Assembly: GCA_019058315.1 (NCBI GenBank) | Contig: JAHPZH010000001.1 | Span: 789,169 to 853,168, forward strand | Direction: 5' to 3' | Length of the DNA stretch: 64,000 nucleotides | Source: Candidatus Helarchaeota archaeon | GTDB taxonomy: Archaea; Asgardarchaeota; Lokiarchaeia; Helarchaeales; RDOG01 | Shown here: piece after piece, positions 1 through 10,650 of the stretch | How positions within the stretch are numbered: the first letter of the stretch is position 1 | Layout of the letters: each line of letters begins with the position of its first letter | Program-made: the position numbers and the translations under genes | Notes under the pieces: generated by a model | The model's database searches: none | Seen by the model: only the letters and a program-made list of their open reading frames with translations | Told to the model about the DNA's origin: nothing

Positions 1-810
1 GATGCTAAGAGTACAAATCCAAGCATTGCAGTCGAAAGTAACGGAAACATTCACGTAGTTTGGGAAGATTGGACGGATGGTGAGTGGGGAACTGATGATG
101 AAATAATGTACGCTAACTACACCGCTTCTGGCTGGTCCAATGCAACTTGTATCTCCGACCTTTATGGGTGGAATGATCATCCTAGTTATAACCCAAGCAT
201 CGTCGTAGATAATAATAGCAACGTGCACGTGGTCTGGGCTGATGGGACGTGGGGTGAGTGGGGAATTGATGATGAAATAATGTACGCTAACTACACCGCT
301 TCTGGCTGGTCCAATGCGACCGTTATTTCCGATAATACAGGATGGAATGATGGTCCTAGTATAAATCCAAGCATTGCAGTCGAAAGTAATGGAAAGATTC
401 ACGTAGTTTGGGAAGATTGGACGTGGGGTGAATGGGGAGTGGACAATGAAATTATGTACGCAAACTACACCGCTGCGGGCTGGTCAAATGCGACCGCGAT
501 TTCGGACCTTTACGGGTGGAACGATGGCGATAGTTCTTACCCAAGCATCGCCGTGGACGGCAGTGGCATCGTGCATGTGGTCTGGTGGGATGAAACGGAT
601 GGTGAGTGGGGAAATGACGATGAAATAATGTATGCAAACTACACCAGTGCGGGTTGGTCCAATGCTACCGCGATTTCCGACTTTTTCGGGTGGAATAATG
701 GTTTTAGTCTGACTCCAAGCGTCGCATCGGACAATAGAGGAAAAGCACATGTGGTCTGGGAAGATTGGACGAACGGTGAGTGGGGAAATGATGAGGAAAT
801 AATGTACGCA
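1..810 (+). repeat. Intragenic 174-nt tandem repeats
   Basis: Near-identical blocks at 94-143 vs 268-317 and 16-75 vs 364-423. Confidence 0.9.
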
Positions 811-1335
811 GTAATAAATGAAAGGCCATCTTCAAACAACCCTTCTGATATTATAACGACAACTATGGGGCCAGATACTATTGATTGGGTAATTTGGGAT
901 GATACTGGTGAAGGACAATATCGGGTTTGGGTGTATGATATTATCAAAAAAAGTTATTATTTATGGGTAAATTGGACGGTATGGACGAATAATACAAATT
1001 TAAATATCCCTATTAATCGAAGTATAGTGGGGGTGGGAGTTTTCAATTATACTATTGAATTTTATGATATCTATCAACAATACGGCATTTCAGACTCAGT
1101 TATTGTAACAATAACCGATTATATTCCCACTAAAGATGAGCCAATCATAATCGCACCACAAGGCGGTGGAGATATTTCCAGCTTATTATTATCCCCTTTA
1201 GGTCTTGGAATTATAGCTGGCGTTGGGGTGATGTTTCTAATAATGGTAGCAGTTATAATAAATAAAAATAAAACTATCGAAGAGCTTAAAAAAACAAGCA
1301 AACCTACGACTTCTAAAAAAGCAATTGAGAAATAA
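1..1335 (+). CDS. Membrane-anchored surface repeat protein (58-aa beta-propeller-like repeats), 5'-partial
   Basis: Frame is open from base 1 (DAKSTNPSIAVESNGNIHVVWEDW...). The repeat EIMYANYTxxGWSNATxISD..GWND..S..PSIAV...VHVVW has Met codons at 106/280/454/628/802 (174-nt period). C-terminal TM helix (LGLGIIAGVGVMFLIMVAVII) and Lys-rich tail. Confidence 0.8.
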   Translation, partial: DAKSTNPSIAVESNGNIHVVWEDWTDGEWGTDDEIMYANYTASGWSNATCISDLYGWNDHPSYNPSIVVDNNSNVHVVWADGTWGEWGIDDEIMYANYTASGWSNATVISDNTGWNDGPSINPSIAVESNGKIHVVWEDWTWGEWGVDNEIMYANYTAAGWSNATAISDLYGWNDGDSSYPSIAVDGSGIVHVVWWDETDGEWGNDDEIMYANYTSAGWSNATAISDFFGWNNGFSLTPSVASDNRGKAHVVWEDWTNGEWGNDEEIMYAVINERPSSNNPSDIITTTMGPDTIDWVIWDDTGEGQYRVWVYDIIKKSYYLWVNWTVWTNNTNLNIPINRSIVGVGVFNYTIEFYDIYQQYGISDSVIVTITDYIPTKDEPIIIAPQGGGDISSLLLSPLGLGIIAGVGVMFLIMVAVIINKNKTIEELKKTSKPTTSKKAIEK

Positions 1336-1364
1336 AATAAGAATTATACTAATTTTTAGTTCCA

Positions 1365-1376
1365 TTTTTTTTTTTT
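1365..1376 (+). terminator. Oligo-T tract, putative archaeal terminator
   Basis: T12 run 30 nt after the stop of the first gene, between convergent genes. Confidence 0.4.
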
Positions 1377-1415
1377 ACAATATAGAATTAGAATTATAGG
1401 TTTCTTACTTCTTTT

Positions 1416-2579
1416 TCATATTTTTAAACGTTTTATTATTTCTTTTGGATTAGGAATTTCTCCTCCAATTTTTAACAATTTATCTACATTGCATCCTTTG
1501 GCATGCTCAACTACTTTGTGATAAATTTGCCCTAGATTCATTTCTACAACTACAAATTTTTTTATTTTATTCGCCAATTCATTAATTTCTTCGTATGGAA
1601 ACGGCCAAATGGTGATTAAACGTAAAAGACCTACTTTAATTCCTTCTTTTCTTGCTAACTCAACTGCCGTGAGGACAGGTCTTGAGGTAATTCCATAAGA
1701 AACTATAACTATATCTGCATCTTCTATAAATTTCGTTTCTAATGTTATTATATCTTCTCTGTTATCTTGAATTTTTTCATAAAACCTTCTTACTAATTCT
1801 TCATGAACTTTGGCATCGTCTGTTGCCGGATAAGCTTTTATATCATGTGTTAATCCCGTTAAGTAAGTGTAATATTCATCACCTAATTTATCCATCTCCG
1901 GAACTTTAGAGCGACGTGTAAATCCTGTTCGAAAGGGGTGATATTTCGATTTATCAATAGTTACTGGAACTCGTTCTACAATTTTTACTTCTTTTTGATA
2001 TGGAATGACTAATCTCTCTCTTGTATGAGCAATAGCTGCATCTGACAATAAGATAACGGGCACTCTATATTTATCTGCAAGATTAAAAGCCCTGATTGTA
2101 ATTGAGAGACTTTCTTGAACACTATTTGGATAGAGGGCAATCACGTAATGATCACCATGTGTACCCCATCGTGCTTGCATTATATCTCCTTGTGCAGGCT
2201 TTGTTGGTTGCCCTGTGGATGGTCCCGATCTTTGAACATTTACTATTACACACGGAGTTTCCGTCATACAAGCATAACCGATATTTTCTTGCATAAGAGA
2301 AAATCCCGGACCTGATGTTGCAGTCATAGTTCTAATTCCATTCCATGAAGCACCTATTATTGCTGCAATTGATGAAATCTCATCTTCCATTTGTACACAA
2401 AGCCCATCAACTAATGGAAGGTATCTGGCCATCCCCTCCAATATCTCTGTAGCAGGAGTAATAGGATATCCCGCATAAAAACGACAATTAGCTAATAAAG
2501 CCCCATAAACAATAGCATCATTTCCTGTGGCAAATTGAATTTTTGGTTCTATAAGATCATCAACTTTTATTTCCTTTAT
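1416..2579 (-). CDS. korA: 2-oxoacid:ferredoxin oxidoreductase alpha subunit
   Basis: QMEDEI, TATSGPGFSLMQE and QRSGPSTG motifs. The frame extends upstream of the tracked start through GNDAIVYGA..FYAGYPITPATEI to an ATA at 2579 that overlaps the ferredoxin stop. Confidence 0.9.
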   Translation of the reverse strand: MKEIKVDDLIEPKIQFATGNDAIVYGALLANCRFYAGYPITPATEILEGMARYLPLVDGLCVQMEDEISSIAAIIGASWNGIRTMTATSGPGFSLMQENIGYACMTETPCVIVNVQRSGPSTGQPTKPAQGDIMQARWGTHGDHYVIALYPNSVQESLSITIRAFNLADKYRVPVILLSDAAIAHTRERLVIPYQKEVKIVERVPVTIDKSKYHPFRTGFTRRSKVPEMDKLGDEYYTYLTGLTHDIKAYPATDDAKVHEELVRRFYEKIQDNREDIITLETKFIEDADIVIVSYGITSRPVLTAVELARKEGIKVGLLRLITIWPFPYEEINELANKIKKFVVVEMNLGQIYHKVVEHAKGCNVDKLLKIGGEIPNPKEIIKRLKI

Positions 2580-2791
2580 TTTCCTTCTTCCTCCTTTTTA
2601 ACACTAATAGCCATTTCTGGACAAATTAATTCGCATTGTTTACAAAATATACAAGAATCTGGGTCAACAATATTTGGCTGCGTATATCCTTTTTTATTCA
2701 CATTATTAGATTCCTTAAAGATATGCTTTGGACAAATTTCTATACAGAATCCGCATCCTTTGCAAAGATTCTCATCTATGTTTATTTTCAA
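2576..2791 (-). CDS. 2x[4Fe-4S] ferredoxin (KorD-like delta subunit)
   Basis: Two CxxCxxCxxxCP motifs; immediately upstream of korA. Confidence 0.9.
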   Translation of the reverse strand: MKINIDENLCKGCGFCIEICPKHIFKESNNVNKKGYTQPNIVDPDSCIFCKQCELICPEMAISVKKEEEGK

Positions 2792-2792
2792 T

Positions 2793-4073
2793 CTAATCTT
2801 CTTTGATAATTACTTTCTTATTATTCATTAAAGGTTGGAGCACTTTGGGGATATTTACAGACCCATCTTTATTTTGATTATTTTCTAGTATAGCACAAAT
2901 TGTTCTTTCTGTTGCGATTGCCGTGGAATTTAACGTATGTAATGGAATCCATGGTTTCTTACCCAGAATTCCGAATCTAATATTCAATTTTCTTGCTTGG
3001 TAATCCGTGCAATTTGAACAAGAGACTAATTCACGATAAGTGTCTTGAGCAGGAAACCAAGCTTCTAGATCATATTTTTTTGCTGCATTATCATTCATTT
3101 CGCCACTTGCTATATTAACAATTCTATAAGGGATTTCTAGTTTCTGATATAACTCTTCTGAATTTTGAATTAGTTCCTCATGAAATTTCCAAGATTCTTC
3201 TGGTTTACAAAAAATATATTGTTCTACTTTTTCAAAATTATGAACACGAAATATGCCCTTAGTATCCCTTCCATGTGCACCAGCCTCACGTCTATAACAA
3301 GGAGAAATGCCTGCGTATTTTAATGGTAATTTATTTACATCTATTATCTGATCAATATGCAAAGCTGCTAATGTCTGTTCTGATGTAGCAATTAAAAATA
3401 AATCAGTATTTTCTAATTTGAATAATTGCTCTTCAAAGTCAGCTAATTCTGCAGCTTTTTCTATAACATCCCGTTTTAAATAAGCAGGTGTCCAAAATGG
3501 TATAAAATCTTTAGAAATCAAATGATTGAGAGCTAATTGAATAAGTGCTAGGTTTAAAAGAACTAGATCTCCTTTTAAATAATAACTCCGTGCACCTGAT
3601 ACTTCAGCTGCCATTTTCAAATCTGCAATGTCTAGATCTTCTACTAAATCTACATGTGACTTGGGTTTAAAGTTTAATTTCTTAATTTTACCCCAAGTTC
3701 TTACAATTTCATTCTTTTCTTCACTTTCACCAATAGGCACTGTATCATGAAGTATATTACCTACTTTATATCGATAATCATACCTGAGTTTTAAGTATTC
3801 CTCCCTTTTATTGGTTTTATCAATAATTTCTTCATCTATTTTTCGAGATTTCTCTTTTTGCTTCTTGATATCTTCCCCATTTTTAATCATTTTTCCAATT
3901 TTTTTGGTTATTTTATTCTTTTCTTGTCTTAAAAGATCTATTTCTCTTTTTAATTCCCTCCATTTATTATCATATTCAATGACCTTGTCCACATTTGAAT
4001 GATCTTTAAATCTTTTCTTTTCAGATTTCCTTATTATTTCTGGATTCTCACGAAATAGATTGATATCTAACAT
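2793..4073 (-). CDS. serS: Serine--tRNA ligase
   Basis: MLDI N-terminus with coiled arm; LIATSEQ, CYRREAG, GIFRVHNFEKVEQ, KKYDLEAWFP and ELVSCSNCTDYQAR motifs. Start placed at ATG 4073. Confidence 0.97.
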   Translation of the reverse strand: MLDINLFRENPEIIRKSEKKRFKDHSNVDKVIEYDNKWRELKREIDLLRQEKNKITKKIGKMIKNGEDIKKQKEKSRKIDEEIIDKTNKREEYLKLRYDYRYKVGNILHDTVPIGESEEKNEIVRTWGKIKKLNFKPKSHVDLVEDLDIADLKMAAEVSGARSYYLKGDLVLLNLALIQLALNHLISKDFIPFWTPAYLKRDVIEKAAELADFEEQLFKLENTDLFLIATSEQTLAALHIDQIIDVNKLPLKYAGISPCYRREAGAHGRDTKGIFRVHNFEKVEQYIFCKPEESWKFHEELIQNSEELYQKLEIPYRIVNIASGEMNDNAAKKYDLEAWFPAQDTYRELVSCSNCTDYQARKLNIRFGILGKKPWIPLHTLNSTAIATERTICAILENNQNKDGSVNIPKVLQPLMNNKKVIIKED

Positions 4074-4215
4074 AATCTTTACCAATTCTTTATACTGTTA
4101 TAAAAATCACAGATTTTGTATTTATTAATTTTTATAAAAATGAATTATCAATAAATAGTATAGTAAGAAAATTAAAAAGTAAAAGTTAAAAAATATTTGT
4201 TATTAAGAATTGAGC

Positions 4216-4959
4216 TTATGGACGCATTATTCTCTCGATTGGATTATTAAGTCCTATTCCTTTTTGAAAATCAGATCTTATTTCTCTATACTTTAATATG
4301 GTAACTTTTGGAACTTTTAAAATTTCTAATATTGGCTCAATATTTTCAATCATTCCAAAATATTTTGGAGAATTATCTTCAATAATTTCATAAACTAAAT
4401 TTAATTTTTGTAAATAAAAAACAATATATTTAATAGCTAGAGCTTTTATTTTAACCCTTTTTGCTAAATTATTTAGAGAGATGCCAGGTTCTAACAGGAT
4501 TTTTTCTAAAATTCTTAAATTTCTTGTTTCTCTAAGTAAAAAAATTGGTTTGTCATATTCAGGATTAATATTAATCTCAAAATATGCAATTTTTTTATTA
4601 ATTCTAGTTTTTCTTATAAATCGAAATTTTTGAAGCATTTGCAAATGCCAAGCAGCTTGATGTGGTGTAATATTTAATTTATTTCTAATTTCCCTCAAAT
4701 ATGTACCGGGAGTCTTGATAATATATTCGAATATTTTTCTTCTAGTATCGTTCTTAAGAAGATCATCTTTTGTTATTTTAGTATCTTTTATCAGAATTTT
4801 TTTTGAAAAAAGTTGGTAGATTGCTTGATCTATTTCATTTCTTGGATATTTCAAGTGTAAAATTGAAACGGTATATAGTCTCTCGATATTTATTGTACCT
4901 ACTTTTAATAGCCTTTTTGCTAAATCTAAAATCGAACTTTCAATAGGTGAAAGATTCAA
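4216..4959 (-). CDS. Tandem winged-helix transcriptional regulator
   Basis: TRRKIFEYIIKTPGTYLREIRNKL...WHLQMLQKFRFI and a second unit ILEKILLEPGISLNNLAKRV. Confidence 0.75.
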   Translation of the reverse strand: MNLSPIESSILDLAKRLLKVGTINIERLYTVSILHLKYPRNEIDQAIYQLFSKKILIKDTKITKDDLLKNDTRRKIFEYIIKTPGTYLREIRNKLNITPHQAAWHLQMLQKFRFIRKTRINKKIAYFEININPEYDKPIFLLRETRNLRILEKILLEPGISLNNLAKRVKIKALAIKYIVFYLQKLNLVYEIIEDNSPKYFGMIENIEPILEILKVPKVTILKYREIRSDFQKGIGLNNPIERIMRP

Positions 4960-5004
4960 ATCATTTATAATATATTCACCTCAAGGTTAATGTCATTTGT
5001 TTCT

Positions 5005-8000
5005 TCAAAAATTTCCTTCAACATCCTCTAAAGCCTTTAGAAACTCTTCTCTTTCTTTTGGAGATAGACTTGCTAATTCTTTAAGAATTTCAGCTTTTTC
5101 AGATGTACTAGGAATATCTAATTTTAAAACTCTGTTTATTTCAGCACTTGAAAGAACTGCAATTTCTTGATCAAAATTGTCTAATAGATTCTCATTTACG
5201 AGACGCTTATAGATTTTATATTGAGATATTATACTTTCTGCCTCACTTACTGCAGCTGAAGTAGATAATTCTTTATTTTTCTTTCCTTTTATCTTTAATT
5301 GCCCTTTCTCCACACTTGAGGGGTGATATAACTGCTTATATAATTTAAAAATACTAAAACTTGCTCCAGCTCCCACAACTCCAATTATAATTATAATTAA
5401 TATCATGGGATTTTCTGAAGGTGTGAAAATAGGTGGAATCGTAAAGGGACCAAGAATTGTTATTGTAATAATTAATGATTCGCCTGTATTATTTGCCTCA
5501 TCCACTGGAGTTATTATATAAACATAAGTTCCATGGCTTAAATTCAAAATGTCAGAGTAATAATTGGAAGTAGTATTTCCTAAATTTTGTCCATTTCGCC
5601 ATATCTTATAATAAACAGTATTATTATCCGATGATGCGGACCAAGAAATTGTGATATTTCCTGGTTGGATTACAAAGCTCGGGTTTGAAGGTTTTGTTGG
5701 CGGAGTATCATCAAAGGTAAGAATTACCGTAGCAATGCTCTGATTTCCCATTGTGTTATTTGCTCTAATCCAGAATAAGACAACTTGGTCACTAGTGAAA
5801 TTTGAAAGATTTATATCGTAGGTACCAAACCAAGAATTCGTCCAATTGGTCTCGGTTATATTTGCTTTCCATTCCACAGAAGAAGGATCTAAATTAGCAT
5901 CGGTTATTGTTAAATTGATAAAATCTGGTATTTGTAGCACACTATTATTCTGAGGAAAGTCTAGGGTAATTAAAGGACCTGAACTTGTATTATACCATAT
6001 TGCAGAGTCCTTTAATTGATTATAAATCGCTGCGATAACATCCCCATCTTGTACTAATATGAAATCCAAAGCGTCATTGCTCGCCGTAGTATTAAAAGTG
6101 AAAGTTCCCATAAATATACTTGAATTTACCCCATTTTCAGTCAATGTAACATTAATGCCAATAAGATCGCTGGAACTATTTACCCATACATCTAAATTTT
6201 CTATTATGGTTGAATTTTGATTTAAATCTTCATTATCAATTGTTATTGCTGCAATGGTCCCAGCTCCATAATAAAATTCAGCATCTAAAGTTAAGTTACC
6301 AGTTACAATCGAATGCCAAATTGCGGTATCTTTTGAGTTATTATAGGTTACCATAACTGTTCCGCCATCCTCAATTTTGATGATTTCTAAAGAATCATTA
6401 CTAACAATATTACTGAATGTGAAATTACCCCTAAATATACTTGAATTCCATCCAATTTCAGTTAATGTAACATTTATACCTATAACATCACTAGAACTAT
6501 TTACAGTCACATTTACAGTTTCATTTATAAATGGATTTTGATTCAAAGTCCAATCAATAACCGTAATAATGGCGACTGCTCCTAGACCGTAATAATCATT
6601 AGCGTCCAAGAAATTAGCTTCGCTGATATTATGTAGCCAAACTGCCATATCCATTATATTATCAAATAAACCATGTACGTTGTTAGTATCATTATATACC
6701 ACAGTTATAATGCTACCATTTTGAATTAAAATTACATCATTTAAATCATTACTCGCTACAGTACTAAAAGTGAAAGTACCCATAAAAATACCAGAATCCA
6801 CATTTGTTTCATTACAAGTAACATTAATACCAATCGGATCGAATGTGCTAGTTACTGAAATATTAATTACATTAAATGCTATAGGATTCTGATTTAAATC
6901 ATAATCATCGACCGTAATCATAGCCACTGTTGTTGTTTCATAGTAAATTGTTGCATTTAAATTAATAGTTCCACTCACATATTGTGTCCACAACGCAGTA
7001 TCTATGACATAAGTTGGCATACCAGATCCGTTAATTTCATCATAATATACTACAGTAATTACACTTCCATTCGTTACTTCAATGATATCGGCATCATCAT
7101 CGCTAATACCTCCGAAAGTAAACGTTCCTTCAAAAATTGAAGTATTTACTCCTGTTTCGGTACAAGTAACGTTAATCCCAATCGGATCATCAGAGCTTGT
7201 AACGTTAACTTTAACACTTTCTGCTGCCCCTGGCATAGTATTTAGATCTGGGTCATTAACTCTAATTATAGCAGTTCGACCGGAACTATAATACTCATCA
7301 TCTAAAAATATGCTCCCATTATTTGGTGTAGTCGTATTCCAAGTAGCAGAATCCTTTGCTATTGCGGGGTCGCCAGAAGCGGTTTGAGAATCATTATAAA
7401 TCACCATAACAATAGTACCGTCTTGAACCCAAATTATATCAGAAGGATCATTGCTGGCGATATTGCTAAATGTGAAAGTACCCGTAAATTCCCCAGTTGT
7501 ATTTCCAATTTCAGTTAATTGCACTATAATTCCAATAGGATCGATAGAACTATTCACATTCACATTGAGGGTATCAACACCTGCAGTTTTGTTTAAATCT
7601 GAGTCCATTACAGTGATTGTGGCAACCGATCCTGTTCCATAATATACTTCTGCGTCTAATTCTATAGTTCCGGTAGTCGTTTTATTCCACCAGATCGCTG
7701 TATCTTTTGAAGTGTTGTGGATTGCCATGATAATGTCACCATCTTGAACCCAAATAACATCAATTGTATCGTTGCTTGCAGAAGTGTTAAATGCGAAATA
7801 TCCTTGAAAAATACTAGTATTAACCCCAGTTTCCGTTAAGGTAACATTTATTCCAATAATGTCGCTGGAACTATTTACACTTACATTCACGGTTTCTTTA
7901 ATTAAAGGATTTATATTAAAGTCCGAATCAAAAACTGTAATCACAGCAATTGTACTTTTTCCATAATAATAATCAGCGTCTAAATTTATAGTTCCAAGAG

Positions 8001-9171
8001 CATGCCAAATTGCGAAATCCCTTGGTAGTGCTGGTAGTCCAGTAGCTGTATGTGTATCATTATAGATGGCTGCAACTATATCACCATTTTGAACAAAGAT
8101 ACTATCCGTAGGATCATTACTTGAGGTCATATTAAATTTGAAAGTTCCTACAAATATACCAGTATTAACCCCTGTTTCAGTTAATAATACATTTATACCG
8201 ACTATATCACTAGAACTATTTACCATAACATAAACAGAATCAATTAAAGTAGGAATGCTATTTAAATCAGCATCAACAACTGTTATAGCGGCAGTCGTAC
8301 TTATTCCATAATATTCTGTTGCATTTAAAGCTATAATTCCAGTGTAAGTTTCAATCCAAATCGCTGTATCTATTAAATTATTATAACTTGTGGTAATAAT
8401 ATCACCATCTAAAGCTATGATAATATCACTTGCATTAGAGCTTGCTAGCATGCTAAATGTAAATGTTCCTGTAAAATTTGCTGAAGTTCCATTGGTTTCG
8501 GTTAAAGTGACAAAAATAAACTCAGTACCAGAAGATGTACTATTAACACGAATATCTAGAGTATCTGAGCTAGCAGTTATATTCGAATCTATATCAAAAA
8601 CAGTTACCATAGCAACAGTTGCCGTTCCATAATAAAAATCCTTATCTAAATTAATAGAACTATTAATTACTGATTCTGTCCAAATTGCTGAATCAGTAAT
8701 AATAACTGGAAATCCAGTGCCATTTTCTTGATCATAATAATGAACAGTAATTATACTCGAATTAGAAACTGCAATAATATCAAGAAAATTATTACTAGAA
8801 GCACCAAATGTAAAATTACCTACAAAAATTGAGGTATTAATTCCAGTCTCCGTGCAATTTACATAAATTCCAATCGAATCTATACTACTACTGACATTTA
8901 TTTCCACAACTTCCTCTATTAAGGGTTGTATATTCAAATCAAAATCTATAACTGTTACGGTTGCAGTCTGTCCAGAACTATAATATTCATTATCTAAGTT
9001 AATACTTCCATTGAAAGCCAAAGTATTTAATGGAGTCGAAATATTAGTTATTTGAGTAATTGGAGGGAATGAGGAATTGGAATTAAGGAGTAAATTAACG
9101 TTTATTAAACTTATTAAAAATAATGCTGAAATTACAATAAATAGACAAGAATTAATTTTTCTATTTTTCAT
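5005..9171 (-). CDS. 1388-aa single-pass surface protein with about 9 Ig-like repeats, FN3-like domain, TM helix and cytoplasmic tail
   Basis: Signal peptide; nine ~105-118-aa repeats (ITVxDxDLN...VNSSSDxIGINVTLTETGVNTGIFxGTFTF); FN3-like ITISWSASSD..YKIWRNG; TM near the C-terminus. Confidence 0.8.
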   Translation of the reverse strand: MKNRKINSCLFIVISALFLISLINVNLLLNSNSSFPPITQITNISTPLNTLAFNGSINLDNEYYSSGQTATVTVIDFDLNIQPLIEEVVEINVSSSIDSIGIYVNCTETGINTSIFVGNFTFGASSNNFLDIIAVSNSSIITVHYYDQENGTGFPVIITDSAIWTESVINSSINLDKDFYYGTATVAMVTVFDIDSNITASSDTLDIRVNSTSSGTEFIFVTLTETNGTSANFTGTFTFSMLASSNASDIIIALDGDIITTSYNNLIDTAIWIETYTGIIALNATEYYGISTTAAITVVDADLNSIPTLIDSVYVMVNSSSDIVGINVLLTETGVNTGIFVGTFKFNMTSSNDPTDSIFVQNGDIVAAIYNDTHTATGLPALPRDFAIWHALGTINLDADYYYGKSTIAVITVFDSDFNINPLIKETVNVSVNSSSDIIGINVTLTETGVNTSIFQGYFAFNTSASNDTIDVIWVQDGDIIMAIHNTSKDTAIWWNKTTTGTIELDAEVYYGTGSVATITVMDSDLNKTAGVDTLNVNVNSSIDPIGIIVQLTEIGNTTGEFTGTFTFSNIASNDPSDIIWVQDGTIVMVIYNDSQTASGDPAIAKDSATWNTTTPNNGSIFLDDEYYSSGRTAIIRVNDPDLNTMPGAAESVKVNVTSSDDPIGINVTCTETGVNTSIFEGTFTFGGISDDDADIIEVTNGSVITVVYYDEINGSGMPTYVIDTALWTQYVSGTINLNATIYYETTTVAMITVDDYDLNQNPIAFNVINISVTSTFDPIGINVTCNETNVDSGIFMGTFTFSTVASNDLNDVILIQNGSIITVVYNDTNNVHGLFDNIMDMAVWLHNISEANFLDANDYYGLGAVAIITVIDWTLNQNPFINETVNVTVNSSSDVIGINVTLTEIGWNSSIFRGNFTFSNIVSNDSLEIIKIEDGGTVMVTYNNSKDTAIWHSIVTGNLTLDAEFYYGAGTIAAITIDNEDLNQNSTIIENLDVWVNSSSDLIGINVTLTENGVNSSIFMGTFTFNTTASNDALDFILVQDGDVIAAIYNQLKDSAIWYNTSSGPLITLDFPQNNSVLQIPDFINLTITDANLDPSSVEWKANITETNWTNSWFGTYDINLSNFTSDQVVLFWIRANNTMGNQSIATVILTFDDTPPTKPSNPSFVIQPGNITISWSASSDNNTVYYKIWRNGQNLGNTTSNYYSDILNLSHGTYVYIITPVDEANNTGESLIITITILGPFTIPPIFTPSENPMILIIIIIGVVGAGASFSIFKLYKQLYHPSSVEKGQLKIKGKKNKELSTSAAVSEAESIISQYKIYKRLVNENLLDNFDQEIAVLSSAEINRVLKLDIPSTSEKAEILKELASLSPKEREEFLKALEDVEGNF

Positions 9172-9488
9172 TTCTTATCACATCAAAGAAAAATATAATC
9201 TAAAATCCTTTATCATAAGAAATTTGATTCTTGTATAAAAATGGGTTTGGTCCACGTTAACATATCAAAAACTCCAAGTTTTAAATTCCTGAAATAATTT
9301 AAGAAATATAAAAGTGATAAAAGTCAAATTATATTTTAAAATATTATTTTTCATCAAAATTAGATAACTTGAGAATTAAATCATCCAGATTATTAATCAG
9401 AATTATATAATTTTAAAACAATTTAATTTCAAAATGCAACCTTTCAAATTAAATAATCATTTAATAATTCTTTTTCATATCTAGACTA

Positions 9489-10604
9489 GTGATGATAGAA
9501 ATGTTAAAAGACTATATCAATCAAATAGAATCTTGCACAGAATGCGAGATGTGTTTAGATGTATGTCCAATTTATCAAGATGGAAAAAATAATACATTAA
9601 CTCCATTATATATGTTTAAAGTCACCAAAAAAATTCTAAATAATGAAAAATTAGAACAAGAAGATATTAATGCACCTTTTTCTTGTCCCAAATGCGAAGC
9701 ATGTTCTAATATTTGTCCTGAAAGTATTAATGTGCCTGCGATAGTGGCTGAATTACGAAATGAATTATTTAATCAAAAATATACTCCTCTAAAGAATCAT
9801 GCAGCCATTTCAGAATCTATCTTAAAAAATGAAAATTCTGTAAATAAAACACCCGATATTAGGTGGGATTGGTTCCCGAAAGATGAAGAATTTCCAGAAG
9901 ATTCATCAACCTTATTTTTCGTAGGGTGTCTTCCGTGTTATTTTATTAAAGACGGTGTTGTATCTTCATATAATATTTTAAAGAAGATAAATTACGATTT
10001 TAGACTGCTTAAAGATGAAGGTTGTTGTGGAAGCATTTTTTATGATATTGGTAATATGGAGCAAGCTGAAATACTTTATAAAAAGAATCTTGACAAATTT
10101 GATGATTTAGGTATAAATAAATTAATTATTTCATGTTCAGGATGTTATAAAGCTTTCAAAAATTTTTATCCCGAAGTAACTGGGGAAAAAATTGATGTTG
10201 TACATATTATCGAAGTGCTTAACAACGAACTCAATAAAGGAAAATTGAAATTTAAAAAACTAGATGAAAATGTTACATATCAAGACCCATGTAATTTTGG
10301 GAGGGTCTTTAAAATGTTTGATGAACCCAGAAATCTCTTAAGACCATCCTGTAATTTAGTGGAAATGGAACATTCAAAAGAAAATACTATTTGTTGTGGA
10401 GCCGGTTCAGCAGTTCGCTCGGCATTTGCACCTCTTTCTATTAGAATGGCATTAAAAAGAGTAGATGAAGCTGAAAAAGCTGCTTCAACATTAGTTTCAA
10501 CTTGCCCATTCTGTGTTTTTAACCTAGGATATGCAGTTAGAAAAAATGATAGAAAGATTAAAGTTCGTTATATAACAGATATTTTAGACGAAGCCTTAGT
10601 TTAA
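9489..10604 (+). CDS. (Fe-S)-binding oxidoreductase, HdrD/GlpC-type with CCG domains
   Basis: Two CxxCxxCxxxCP motifs plus FVGC, EGCCG, SCSGC, YQDPC, CCGAG and TCPFC. Confidence 0.88.
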   Translation: MMIEMLKDYINQIESCTECEMCLDVCPIYQDGKNNTLTPLYMFKVTKKILNNEKLEQEDINAPFSCPKCEACSNICPESINVPAIVAELRNELFNQKYTPLKNHAAISESILKNENSVNKTPDIRWDWFPKDEEFPEDSSTLFFVGCLPCYFIKDGVVSSYNILKKINYDFRLLKDEGCCGSIFYDIGNMEQAEILYKKNLDKFDDLGINKLIISCSGCYKAFKNFYPEVTGEKIDVVHIIEVLNNELNKGKLKFKKLDENVTYQDPCNFGRVFKMFDEPRNLLRPSCNLVEMEHSKENTICCGAGSAVRSAFAPLSIRMALKRVDEAEKAASTLVSTCPFCVFNLGYAVRKNDRKIKVRYITDILDEALV

Positions 10605-10650
10605 ACTTCTATCTCATTCCTAATTTGATATAATTATCTATTATATTAAT

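Noticed and set aside
1-810. CRISPR array or DGR template/variable repeat
   Set aside because: The repeats are in-frame coding units without spacers, mismatches are not adenine-specific, and no reverse transcriptase is present.
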